From an uncultured virus (IMG/VR IMGVR_UViG_3300010346_001238) (Duplodnaviria > Heunggongvirae > Uroviricota > Caudoviricetes), in IMG/VR virus record IMGVR_UViG_3300010346_001238: a stretch of DNA of 61,188 nt; one strand, given 5' to 3'. The notes beneath the pieces are model-generated. The model was given only the letters and a program-made list of their open reading frames with translations. It did not search any database and was not told the origin of the DNA. Position numbers and translations under genes: made by a program. Of the stretch, positions 1 to 7,686 are shown piece by piece (within the stretch, counting starts at the first letter, position 1; every line of letters starts with the position of its first letter).

Positions 1-435
1 AAACATTGGATGGAAAATCGAACAATTATTACATTTGATTTAGATAATATACCGCTTGCAATTTCAAATAAAATGATTTCTAAAGCAACTTTAATTTTGG
101 CATTGCAAAATCAACAAAACGGATTGCCAGGATCAAAAATAGATATACATATTTTTCATGATAAAAATTTAATAACTACAAATTATTGGGCCGAGGGAAT
201 ATATTATTCAAGTTTTTTTGATGTGCCTAATGTACAGGAAATTGATATAACGGGAGCAGTAAAGTCGGCAAAACAAAACAATAATTCAATTTTAGGATTG
301 CGAATGTCAACCGAATTGTATAATTTTAGTTGTATATTTATTAATCCATATTGGAAGACTAATAAAATTTCAATGGTATTAGATTATTCTCCTGCTAATA
401 TTCCTCAAAAACCTAAATATTTAAAATCAATTTAA
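1..435 (+). CDS. Hypothetical protein, probably 5'-truncated by the window; DNRLRE-like beta-sandwich
   Basis: Frame is open from base 1. 'RTIITFDLDNIP...ISKATLIL' resembles the R-x-LL-x-FDL...I..A.L.L pattern. Ends in a P-x-x-P-x-x-L tail. Confidence 0.45.
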   Translation, partial: KHWMENRTIITFDLDNIPLAISNKMISKATLILALQNQQNGLPGSKIDIHIFHDKNLITTNYWAEGIYYSSFFDVPNVQEIDITGAVKSAKQNNNSILGLRMSTELYNFSCIFINPYWKTNKISMVLDYSPANIPQKPKYLKSI

Positions 436-443
436 GAATTTGC

Positions 444-471
444 TTGACATTTTTTGAATTTCCATTATACT
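444..471 (+). promoter_or_regulatory. Sigma70-type promoter for the tRNA cluster
   Basis: TTGACA (444-449), 16 nt spacer, TATACT (466-471); overlaps a TACTTATA motif (468-475). Confidence 0.65.
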
Positions 472-498
472 TATAGTCGTATAATAAATGATCTTTAT

Positions 499-570
499 TG
501 CGGGGGAGTGTGATGGTGCACGACAGTTTCATAAGCTGTAGGACCAGTTCGATTCTGGCGACCGCAACCA
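499..570 (+). tRNA. tRNA-Met(CAT), fMet-like ends, structurally degenerate
   Basis: Anticodon arm ACAGT-TTCATAA-GCTGT, T-loop TTCGATT, encoded CCA. Acceptor TGCGGGG/GACCGCA has two mismatches. Confidence 0.75.
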
Positions 571-634
571 ATTTCATCTGGAAGTGATGGCAGAAAAATG
601 TCTGACTCAATGTAGGCATCTCGTCATTTTTAAT

Positions 635-708
635 GGGGCCGTAGTATAACGGTAGTACGGGACATTTGCAATGTTCAGGTAGGTGTTCGACTCACCCCGG
701 CTCCACCA
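635..708 (+). tRNA. tRNA-Ala(TGC)
   Basis: Acceptor GGGGCCG/CGGCTCC with the G3:U70 Ala identity pair; anticodon loop TTTGCAA; TTCGA; CCA end. Confidence 0.95.
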
Positions 709-757
709 TTCTTCAAGTATTCCAATTCATTTCTGTTTCTCTCCACTATTTATTGGT

Positions 758-1549
758 GTGAAAACCATACCAATAACTTGTCGGAAATGCAATGCTTCAT
801 TCAAGATTAAATCTTCGGAATATAATCGGCAACTTCGAAACGGAAGAGATTATTTTTTCTGTTCTTTATCTTGTGCCCAATCTTATAATAAAACCACTAC
901 GTTTAGGATAGTATCTACATGTGTATGGTGTAAACGAGATTTTGAAACATCTACTCATAAAAAAGCAAGACGATGTTGCTCGTTAGATTGTGCTCATAAA
1001 TATTCTCAATCGAAAGTTGATCCTGAAACTCATAGACTTTCTTTACAACGAAAAAAACATTTTCCAAAAGAAAAACAATTTATTTGTGTAATTTGTCACA
1101 GAGCGTTTATAAAAACTGTACTTTCCGATTCTAAACATTTTCAAGTATGTTCTCCGATATGCTGCAATGAACTACTTCGACAAAAAGCCATATCCAACCC
1201 AAATTGCGGCGGCGAAACCGGATATCGACACTACAAGTATCGGGACGTGTGGATGGATTCGGCATGGGAAGTAAATTTGGCAAAATGGATGGATGATAAT
1301 GGAATTTATTGGGAGCGCAGTAGAAAGCGTCATATGTTTTGGTGGACGGATGATGACGGTCAAAAACGACGATATTATCCAGATTTCTATCTACCGGATT
1401 ATGATGTCTATCTTGACCCCAAAAACAAATACCGAATGAAAATGGACGAATACAAATTGACAAAAGTTGTAAATGAAAATGGAATTCATCTCATTTGGGG
1501 AGAAATAGAGAATGTGAAAAAAGAAATTGACACTTTGCGTAGAATGTGA
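758..1549 (+). CDS. Putative free-standing homing endonuclease (repeated CxxC...CSxxC Zn motifs plus C-terminal PD-(D/E)xK domain)
   Basis: Three CxxC/CSxxC units, then 'MDSAWEVNLAKWMD...RRYYPDFYLPDYDVYLDPK'. Start moved to GTG 758 because the longer ORF overlaps tRNA-Ala. Confidence 0.7.
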   Translation: MKTIPITCRKCNASFKIKSSEYNRQLRNGRDYFFCSLSCAQSYNKTTTFRIVSTCVWCKRDFETSTHKKARRCCSLDCAHKYSQSKVDPETHRLSLQRKKHFPKEKQFICVICHRAFIKTVLSDSKHFQVCSPICCNELLRQKAISNPNCGGETGYRHYKYRDVWMDSAWEVNLAKWMDDNGIYWERSRKRHMFWWTDDDGQKRRYYPDFYLPDYDVYLDPKNKYRMKMDEYKLTKVVNENGIHLIWGEIENVKKEIDTLRRM

Positions 1550-1555
1550 TATATG
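1527..1555 (+). promoter_or_regulatory. Possible sigma70-type promoter upstream of tRNA-Ala(GGC)
   Basis: TTGACA (1527-1532), 17 nt spacer, TATATG. Confidence 0.4.
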
Positions 1556-1599
1556 TATGGGAGTAATGACACTCCGAGGGCACTTCCCTTGAGTTCATT

Positions 1600-1673
1600 G
1601 GGGTTATCGTATAATGGTAGTACATGTGAATGGCATTCACAAAGTTGGGGTTCGACTCCCCATAACTCCACCA
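1600..1673 (+). tRNA. tRNA-Ala(GGC)
   Basis: Acceptor GGGGTTA/TAACTCC (G3:U70); anticodon loop ATGGCAT with the A32-U38 pair typical of bacterial tRNA-Ala(GGC); CCA end. Confidence 0.95.
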
Positions 1674-1679
1674 GTTAAT

Positions 1680-2354
1680 ATGAAAATTAAAATTGTAACT
1701 TTAAGTGATAAAAATCGTAAAGAAATAAGTGATGTTACATTTCCAACGTTAGAAAAATTTTCTATTAATACTGGGATTGAATTAACACGACATACATCTC
1801 TTATAGATCCATCAATACATGCAAAATGGAATAAATTTTTATCTTTGAAATTGGAAATAGAAAAATATGACTGGATAATATGGATGGATTCAGATATATC
1901 AATTATAAATAAAAATTTTGATTTAAAAAATTATTTATCTACATTTGATAAAAGGACAAACTTTTTAATTTCAATGGATTGTAATGGGCCATGTACAGGG
2001 TGTTTTGCATTGAGAAATTGTGAATGGTCTTATAATTTTATAAATACTGTTCTATTTTTAAAAAATACATGTGATATTAAAGAAGTGCCCCAAAATCGCA
2101 CCGAATCTGATCAGGGATGTGTTCGGGTGTTAATAAAAAACTTTTCGAATATATCAAATTATGTGGAATATATACCAGAACATTTAATTCAAAATCCAAG
2201 AAGTGTATTTAATCCTGATGCATTTGCGATGCATTTTTGGTATGAATTAAGAGATAGAAATAGAATTATAGATTGTGCAACAGATATTGATAATGGTATA
2301 TGGACGGAAGAACAATTAAAAAGTAAACAAAAAAATACAATTGTTGTAATGTAA
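1680..2354 (+). CDS. Glycosyltransferase, GT34 (GMA12/MNN10)-like
   Basis: 'WNK...YDWIIWMDSD' (DxD), 'DCNGPCTGCFALRNCEWS', 'SDQG'. Start moved to ATG 1680, after the tRNA. Confidence 0.8.
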   Translation: MKIKIVTLSDKNRKEISDVTFPTLEKFSINTGIELTRHTSLIDPSIHAKWNKFLSLKLEIEKYDWIIWMDSDISIINKNFDLKNYLSTFDKRTNFLISMDCNGPCTGCFALRNCEWSYNFINTVLFLKNTCDIKEVPQNRTESDQGCVRVLIKNFSNISNYVEYIPEHLIQNPRSVFNPDAFAMHFWYELRDRNRIIDCATDIDNGIWTEEQLKSKQKNTIVVM

Positions 2355-2409
2355 TAAATTCTCAATATATTTATCATCGGAATCATGATATGATTTAAGA
2401 AATAAAATT

Positions 2410-2596
2410 TCTTTGACATAGCAGATAGACCGATGATTAAATACCCCATAGTGTGTGACACATGGGAATAAGCGTGGAAAAGAAGTAAATATTTAAATAT
2501 ATTGAAGACCATGACAGGTTTCTCGGCCTAAAGCGAAGATAGCGATGACTGCGAAAAGGTCTAGGTATTAACTATCATAAGTTACTATGTCAAAGA
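2410..2596 (+). ncRNA. Candidate structured non-coding RNA (~187 nt), family unknown
   Basis: Perfect 12-bp terminal helix TCTTTGACATAG/CTATGTCAAAGA with internal hairpins, no credible ORF, ending 2 nt before tRNA-Ser. Confidence 0.5.
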
Positions 2597-2598
2597 TC

Positions 2599-2687
2599 GG
2601 TGGGGTGGCTGAGTTGGTTTAAGGCACTTGTTTGGAAGACAAGCGTGCCCAAAAGCACCGTGGGTTCGAATCCCACCCCCACCGCCA
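2599..2687 (+). tRNA. tRNA-Ser(GGA)
   Basis: Acceptor GGTGGGG/CCCCACC, G73, long variable arm, anticodon loop TTGGAAG, TTCGAAT, CCA. Confidence 0.95.
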
Positions 2688-2708
2688 ATTTAGAAAGTAT
2701 ATATTATT

Positions 2709-2927
2709 ATGAAAGCAAAACGTTTAGGTGATTTACAGCGAGTTATTAATCAAAATCCGCATTGGGCGGCGTTGAAAGAATATAATCATATTCGAGTGCA
2801 ATTTCCTAATGGAAAAGAAAAACATTTATTATTTACGGATAAAGAAATTCAACGGGCTATAGACCGAGCCAATAAGAATCCGGAAGATCTGCCCAAAGTA
2901 TCATGGGTCAGAGATTTCTTTGATTGA
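2709..2927 (+). CDS. Hypothetical protein (72 aa)
   Basis: ORF fills the gap between two tRNA-Ser genes. Confidence 0.7.
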   Translation: MKAKRLGDLQRVINQNPHWAALKEYNHIRVQFPNGKEKHLLFTDKEIQRAIDRANKNPEDLPKVSWVRDFFD

Positions 2928-2933
2928 TAAACA

Positions 2934-3020
2934 GGATGGTTAACCGGGCGGGGACCCGGGGCCGACTCGAAATCGGCACGCACCTCAGAGTGTGGGGATC
3001 GAGACCTCAGCCATCCGCCA
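2934..3020 (+). tRNA. tRNA-Ser(CGA), atypical (possible 8/4 fold)
   Basis: Anticodon arm GCCGA-CTCGAAA-TCGGC, 5-bp D stem CCGGG/CCCGG, T-loop ATCGAGA, long variable arm, G73-CCA. Confidence 0.85.
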
Positions 3021-3026
3021 TTTTCA

Positions 3027-3392
3027 ATGAAAAAACAGTTAATATTTATATTTATATTTTTCTTTGTATTGATTGCAAAAACTGAAAATGTACGGTTTAA
3101 TGTACAATATGAAGGAAATACTAACGAAACTGCCGGATTTGCCATTTATTATGGCCCGGCATCTCGCCAATATACCAATCATCAAATAGTAAAAAATTCT
3201 ACTAATATCACTATCACGAATCTACCATCCAATTCTTCGTTTTATTTATCTGGACGATCTATCAGGTTTGACGGATTGGAGTCGGATTTAGGAAACGAAT
3301 TATTTATAACAACCACACCTATTATAACCAATCAATTACCAAGTGCAGTGAAAGATTTTCGGCTTTCTCACGTTTATATGAATATTTATTAA
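3027..3392 (+). CDS. Secreted fibronectin type III-like protein
   Basis: N-terminal signal peptide; 'GFAIYYGPASRQYT...ITITNL...FYLSGRS...GLESDLGNE'. Confidence 0.7.
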   Translation: MKKQLIFIFIFFFVLIAKTENVRFNVQYEGNTNETAGFAIYYGPASRQYTNHQIVKNSTNITITNLPSNSSFYLSGRSIRFDGLESDLGNELFITTTPIITNQLPSAVKDFRLSHVYMNIY

Positions 3393-3393
3393 T

Positions 3394-3747
3394 ATGAAAA
3401 AATTTATTGCATCAATTTTACTTTTGGGTAGCTTATTTATTGCCATACCTCAAACGGTATCGTACGACGCCCTGTTTACATGGACTCAAAATCCACCGGA
3501 AGAATTAGTAATGGGATATAGAATTGAATATATTAAATCTCCAGTAGTAACAAACTGGACATATTTAACATATGTTAATTCGGCTACAAATGCAGTAACA
3601 ATTAAAGGATTGCAACCGGGGTTTTTATATCAATTTAGAGCATTTGCTGTAAATGCCGTTGGAATAGGAACAAATGAATCAAATATTATTCTTTTGCCAG
3701 AATCCATTCCTTCGGCAGTTAGCAATTTTGTAAATGCTCCGAAATAA
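3394..3747 (+). CDS. Secreted fibronectin type III protein
   Basis: Signal peptide; 'FTW...GYRIEY...VTIKGLQPGFLYQFRAFAVNAVGIG..SN' is a clear Fn3 signature. Confidence 0.85.
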   Translation: MKKFIASILLLGSLFIAIPQTVSYDALFTWTQNPPEELVMGYRIEYIKSPVVTNWTYLTYVNSATNAVTIKGLQPGFLYQFRAFAVNAVGIGTNESNIILLPESIPSAVSNFVNAPK

Positions 3748-3750
3748 TTC

Positions 3751-3779
3751 TTGACATCCCCAAAGACGTATGTTAAAAT
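3751..3779 (+). promoter_or_regulatory. Sigma70-type promoter with extended -10
   Basis: TTGACA (3751-3756), 17 nt spacer, TG-n-TAAAAT (3774-3779). Confidence 0.75.
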
Positions 3780-3812
3780 TGTATCCGTAACATGATATAA
3801 AATTAATAAGTT

Positions 3813-4094
3813 ATGAATGCAGAAATAGGAATTTGGTTTTTAGTCGTTGGATTATTCTTCCCTCGAATTGCATTGTTTTTTTGGTGGTGGGCTGGAAATT
3901 TACCCGCTAATACCACGCCCTTTGCATTTGATGTAATTAGTGCAATTATATTACCTCGGTTCCTTATTCTCATGTATATTTTCGAGAATCAAGGATATTC
4001 GGAATGGTTTTTTATTCATTTCATATTTCTAATTCTATCTATATGGACATCAATGAGTGCTAATAGATTATATGGAAAACATGGAAGGGATTAA
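3813..4094 (+). CDS. Small integral membrane protein
   Basis: 93 aa with three hydrophobic segments and a repeated FPR/LPR motif. Confidence 0.7.
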   Translation: MNAEIGIWFLVVGLFFPRIALFFWWWAGNLPANTTPFAFDVISAIILPRFLILMYIFENQGYSEWFFIHFIFLILSIWTSMSANRLYGKHGRD

Positions 4095-4118
4095 ATCTTT
4101 AAAAATTACAAAGTAAAT

Positions 4119-4373
4119 ATGGAAGATTCTATATTTGTAAAATGCACTTGTCATTGTAGTGTTGCCGAATTTAAATATGTAAAAGAAGAGGACGCCCTAG
4201 AAATTTCTATATGGGCTTCTCATCCGGGAAAAATTCTTTCTCATGAAGAACGAGTTCGATGGTGTAATCATATAATGGAAACTGGCGATCCCTGGGCAGA
4301 TTATGCCATCGTAAATAAAGAAGATGCCAAGCGGATTGCCGAGTATATAGAAAAACATATAACCTCATCATAA
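4119..4373 (+). CDS. Hypothetical protein
   Basis: 84 aa ORF in operon context, with a CxCxC motif. Confidence 0.7.
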   Translation: MEDSIFVKCTCHCSVAEFKYVKEEDALEISIWASHPGKILSHEERVRWCNHIMETGDPWADYAIVNKEDAKRIAEYIEKHITSS

Positions 4374-4374
4374 T

Positions 4375-4647
4375 ATGGGAAAAAAACGAAAAAAGTCCAA
4401 CGTAAAAGAAATGGAAATTATGGAAGATCTTCAACCAGAAATTACTGTTGAAGAAGGAACGAAAAAAGATGTAAAATATGTTGTGGTAAGAGAGGGGCAT
4501 AGAGTATCAGATAAAGAATATGATTCGGCAACGGACCCTGTATGTATAGAAGAAGTAAATTTTTGGACTAAAGTTGCTAAAAATCATTCATATGGTGAAA
4601 AGGTGGAAGTAGTACCATATGATTCAAAAAAGCATAGAGTTTGGTAA
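4375..4647 (+). CDS. Hypothetical protein
   Basis: 90 aa ORF starting 1 nt after the upstream stop. Confidence 0.7.
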   Translation: MGKKRKKSNVKEMEIMEDLQPEITVEEGTKKDVKYVVVREGHRVSDKEYDSATDPVCIEEVNFWTKVAKNHSYGEKVEVVPYDSKKHRVW

Positions 4648-4696
4648 TTTAAGGAGGATTCGTATAGTAAGGTGATGAAATAATACTATATGAGAG

Positions 4697-4729
4697 AATG
4701 GGCGTCATTTATTGACGCCCATTTTTTTT
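4697..4729 (+). terminator. Rho-independent terminator
   Basis: AATGGGCGTCA-TTTAT-TGACGCCCATT followed by a T-run. Confidence 0.85.
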
Positions 4730-4802
4730 GTGCACAATACTTATAAGTATAGGTATGTTAATTTATGCTTTATTTATAGATTTTTTCTTGATATTTATGA
4801 AT

Positions 4803-5183
4803 ATGGTCAAGAAAAGGAAACGGGCTTCTTTAAAACTAGAAAACGAAAGATATATTGTTCCTTCATCAAATGAAGAAATGAAAACTTTCGTGGGTAAATT
4901 TAAAATAGATATGATGGAACATGTAGTTTCATCAATTAAATTTGCTGTCGAAAACAAACTCCCTATAGTCGAAGTATTTCAATTTAAAAATTCTCCCTTT
5001 GTCGTTACAATTACCGAAAAAGAATTTGATGTTAATTTACGACATATAATAAGTTATTATCGGGAGAACGAAATTTATGAGTTATGTCCACGCATAGAAC
5101 AATTACGTGAAATTATCAAACAAAAAACGAATGAAAAAGAAAGTCCAGAAAATAACGAAGGATTTAATAATTCACCCCAATGA
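4803..5183 (+). CDS. Hypothetical protein
   Basis: Start ATG 4803 chosen because it follows a TATTTATG motif; C-terminal 'E.YELC.RI' helix. Confidence 0.65.
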   Translation: MVKKRKRASLKLENERYIVPSSNEEMKTFVGKFKIDMMEHVVSSIKFAVENKLPIVEVFQFKNSPFVVTITEKEFDVNLRHIISYYRENEIYELCPRIEQLREIIKQKTNEKESPENNEGFNNSPQ

Positions 5184-5928
5184 AATTAAAACTGATCATA
5201 GTCCCATTATTCCACAGAGAAATAAATTAAAAGCCACATTAAAAATTTTTCAAAGAGAACTAACTGAAACTCAAAAAAAATTTTTAAAATTGGCCGAAGA
5301 TAAATCTACAAAAATTATATTTGTTTCCGGTCCTGCGGGAACGAGTAAAACTTATCTTTCGGTATTACATGCTCTTAAAATGATCAACGAAAAAAAAGTA
5401 AGTGATTTAATTTATATAAGAAGTGCCGTAGAAAGTGCTGATTCTAAATTAGGATTTTTACCTGGAGAAGCCAATGAAAAATTGGCACCATATATTCAAC
5501 CTCTTTTAGATAAATTGTCGGAGTTATTGCCCAAAGAAGATATAGACTTATTATTAAAGGAAGAACGGGTATCCGGAGTACCTGTAGGATTTTTAAGAGG
5601 ATTAAATTGGAACGCTAAAGTTATAATCGGGGATGAAGCTCAAAATATGTCTTACAAAGAACTTTTTACACTTATTACACGAATTGGGGAATTTTCAAAA
5701 GTATTTATATTAGGAGATCCAGAGCAAAGTGATATTAACGGAAAAACGGGATTTATGAAGATGTTAAGTCATTTTGATGACGAAGAAAGCCGTCAAAATG
5801 GAATACATGTATTTCGTTTTACCGAAGAAGATATTGTTAGAAGCGGATTAGTACAATTTATAATAAAAAAAGTACGTAGCGAAATAATTAAAATAAATCA
5901 AATAAACAATAAAATAAAACGGCTCTGA
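5131..5928 (+). CDS. phoH: PhoH-family ATPase
   Basis: Walker A 'GPAGTSKT', 'LGFLPG', 'FLRG', 'DEAQN', 'LITRIG', 'GDPEQSD', 'DIVRSGLV'. Confidence 0.95.
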   Translation: MKKKVQKITKDLIIHPNEIKTDHSPIIPQRNKLKATLKIFQRELTETQKKFLKLAEDKSTKIIFVSGPAGTSKTYLSVLHALKMINEKKVSDLIYIRSAVESADSKLGFLPGEANEKLAPYIQPLLDKLSELLPKEDIDLLLKEERVSGVPVGFLRGLNWNAKVIIGDEAQNMSYKELFTLITRIGEFSKVFILGDPEQSDINGKTGFMKMLSHFDDEESRQNGIHVFRFTEEDIVRSGLVQFIIKKVRSEIIKINQINNKIKRL

Positions 5929-5950
5929 GATTCTATATATATAGGATATT

Positions 5951-7675
5951 ATGGCAAATAAACGCATTTCACAATTAGCAGAAATCCATGCGGAAGATTT
6001 AAGCAAGGATGATCTATTGTTATTATCCGATGTTTCGGAACATGAATCTAAAAAGTTAAAATTAACAGATTTGGGGTCATTCTTATTAGATGAAGTTAAT
6101 ACAGGTTCTTTATATGGAACCGCAAGTTGGGCACACATGGCAGTATATGCTTTAGGAGCGCCCATTCCAAAAAAAGTTGATTCTTCTTCTATTTCTGATT
6201 ATTCATTGTATTCAAAAAATGCAAAAAATGCTGAAACGGCCAGTTCATCATCTTATGCATTAAGTAGCTCTTATTCAATAACATCTTCTTATGCTTTAGT
6301 AGCCGAAACGTATTTAGCATTTTCGGCAGCATTTGCCGATTATGCGAAAACTGCATCGTATCTAAGATACACTGGAATACCTAATGGAACGGCTTCATAC
6401 GCTTTTACGGCGTCATTAACAAAAGGAACTTCTTCTTATGCATTTACTTCATCTTTTTCAGAATCTTCTTCATATTCGGAGTCTTCTTCATATTCTGATT
6501 ATTCGACATATGCAACATATGCCGATAATTTTACAGGAGAACTTCCTACTCCAACAGAAGCATTGAGGGCATTATTGGCAGACAATGCTACGGAAGCTGA
6601 TCATGCGCAAGAATCCGAAACGGCATCTTATTTAAAATATCAAGGAATACCTAATGGAACAGCTTCATATGCTATGGCTGTTAAACAAAATTATGATATT
6701 TTATATAATCATGGAATATATTTAGCACATACACATTCTAAAGGTAGAACTCAATTAGATAAAGTTTCTATTTCTTCTCCTCGTGGAATGGGAGTAAGAA
6801 CGGGATTTGATACTGCTGGTACAGTTATTATTCCTTGTTCTTCATCGAATTATTTTACATGTTCCATTGAATTACTGGCAACAAACAAGTGGAGTGGCGT
6901 GACGACGGAATTAGATTCGTCTCCTCTTGAAGCTTCATTATGGATTAATGAGGATACAGGAACAATTAGTGTGCCGTTTAAATTAATGGGAGAAATGATG
7001 GCAACTGGAAGTTTAATGGTATATGTAACTACATCGAACGGTGCTATTATACATCCAGATCGCATAGGAAGATTTAATATTTATAGCAATTCTCCTGAAA
7101 TCCAAGTGGAACCAGATGTGGAAATGAGTTTACAGGTTCTTAATCAAAGTGAATCTCCTATTCAATTTTTATATGAATCTAATGGATCATGGGTTACTGG
7201 GTATGATTATCAATGTTATAATGTTAGAGAAACAGTGACGAAAATAAATTTAAATAATTTATTTGTTTCAAAGGTAAAATATGCTTGGTTAATGCCAAAT
7301 TTAATAGAATTTAGCGCAGAAAACGATCTGTATTTAACTGATGTAGGAGGAATGCCCCAATCTTTAATTTCGATGTCTATTATAAATAGTAAAATAGATG
7401 AATTGGCTCCTTTTCCAAAAACATTAGAATATTTTAAGTGTAATAATAATACATTTTTAAATTCTATTCCGGCTTTACCAGAAACTATAATTTATATGAA
7501 TATTGCAAATTGTAATATTTCTAAATTTAATATTGAAAGCATTCTTTATCAATTAATTGAAGCGGGGTTGAACAATGGATATGTTAATGTAATTGGTAAT
7601 ACCAATACTTATACTGCGCAAACTGATACGTATATTTCAACTTTACAAGGCCGAGGATGGACTTGCATAACTTAA
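5951..7675 (+). CDS. Tail fibre/virion protein with TASYA-type repeats and C-terminal leucine-rich repeats
   Basis: N-terminal 'KRISQL...DLLLLSD..ESKK' fibre-attachment-like motif; many (T/S)(A/S)SY(A/S) repeats; 'LAPFPKTLEYFKCNNN..LNSIPALPETIIYMNI' LRRs. Confidence 0.65.
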   Translation: MANKRISQLAEIHAEDLSKDDLLLLSDVSEHESKKLKLTDLGSFLLDEVNTGSLYGTASWAHMAVYALGAPIPKKVDSSSISDYSLYSKNAKNAETASSSSYALSSSYSITSSYALVAETYLAFSAAFADYAKTASYLRYTGIPNGTASYAFTASLTKGTSSYAFTSSFSESSSYSESSSYSDYSTYATYADNFTGELPTPTEALRALLADNATEADHAQESETASYLKYQGIPNGTASYAMAVKQNYDILYNHGIYLAHTHSKGRTQLDKVSISSPRGMGVRTGFDTAGTVIIPCSSSNYFTCSIELLATNKWSGVTTELDSSPLEASLWINEDTGTISVPFKLMGEMMATGSLMVYVTTSNGAIIHPDRIGRFNIYSNSPEIQVEPDVEMSLQVLNQSESPIQFLYESNGSWVTGYDYQCYNVRETVTKINLNNLFVSKVKYAWLMPNLIEFSAENDLYLTDVGGMPQSLISMSIINSKIDELAPFPKTLEYFKCNNNTFLNSIPALPETIIYMNIANCNISKFNIESILYQLIEAGLNNGYVNVIGNTNTYTAQTDTYISTLQGRGWTCIT

Positions 7676-7686
7676 TGTTTTGACTT

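Noticed and set aside
683..1679. ORF-track starts at 683 and 1614
   Set aside because: They overlap tRNA genes; starts were reassigned to 758 and 1680.
2425..2563. Hammerhead-ribozyme-like words (CCGATGA...CGAAA) in the candidate ncRNA
   Set aside because: The core is CCGATGA rather than CTGATGA, and there is no stem III or cleavage triplet after GAAA.
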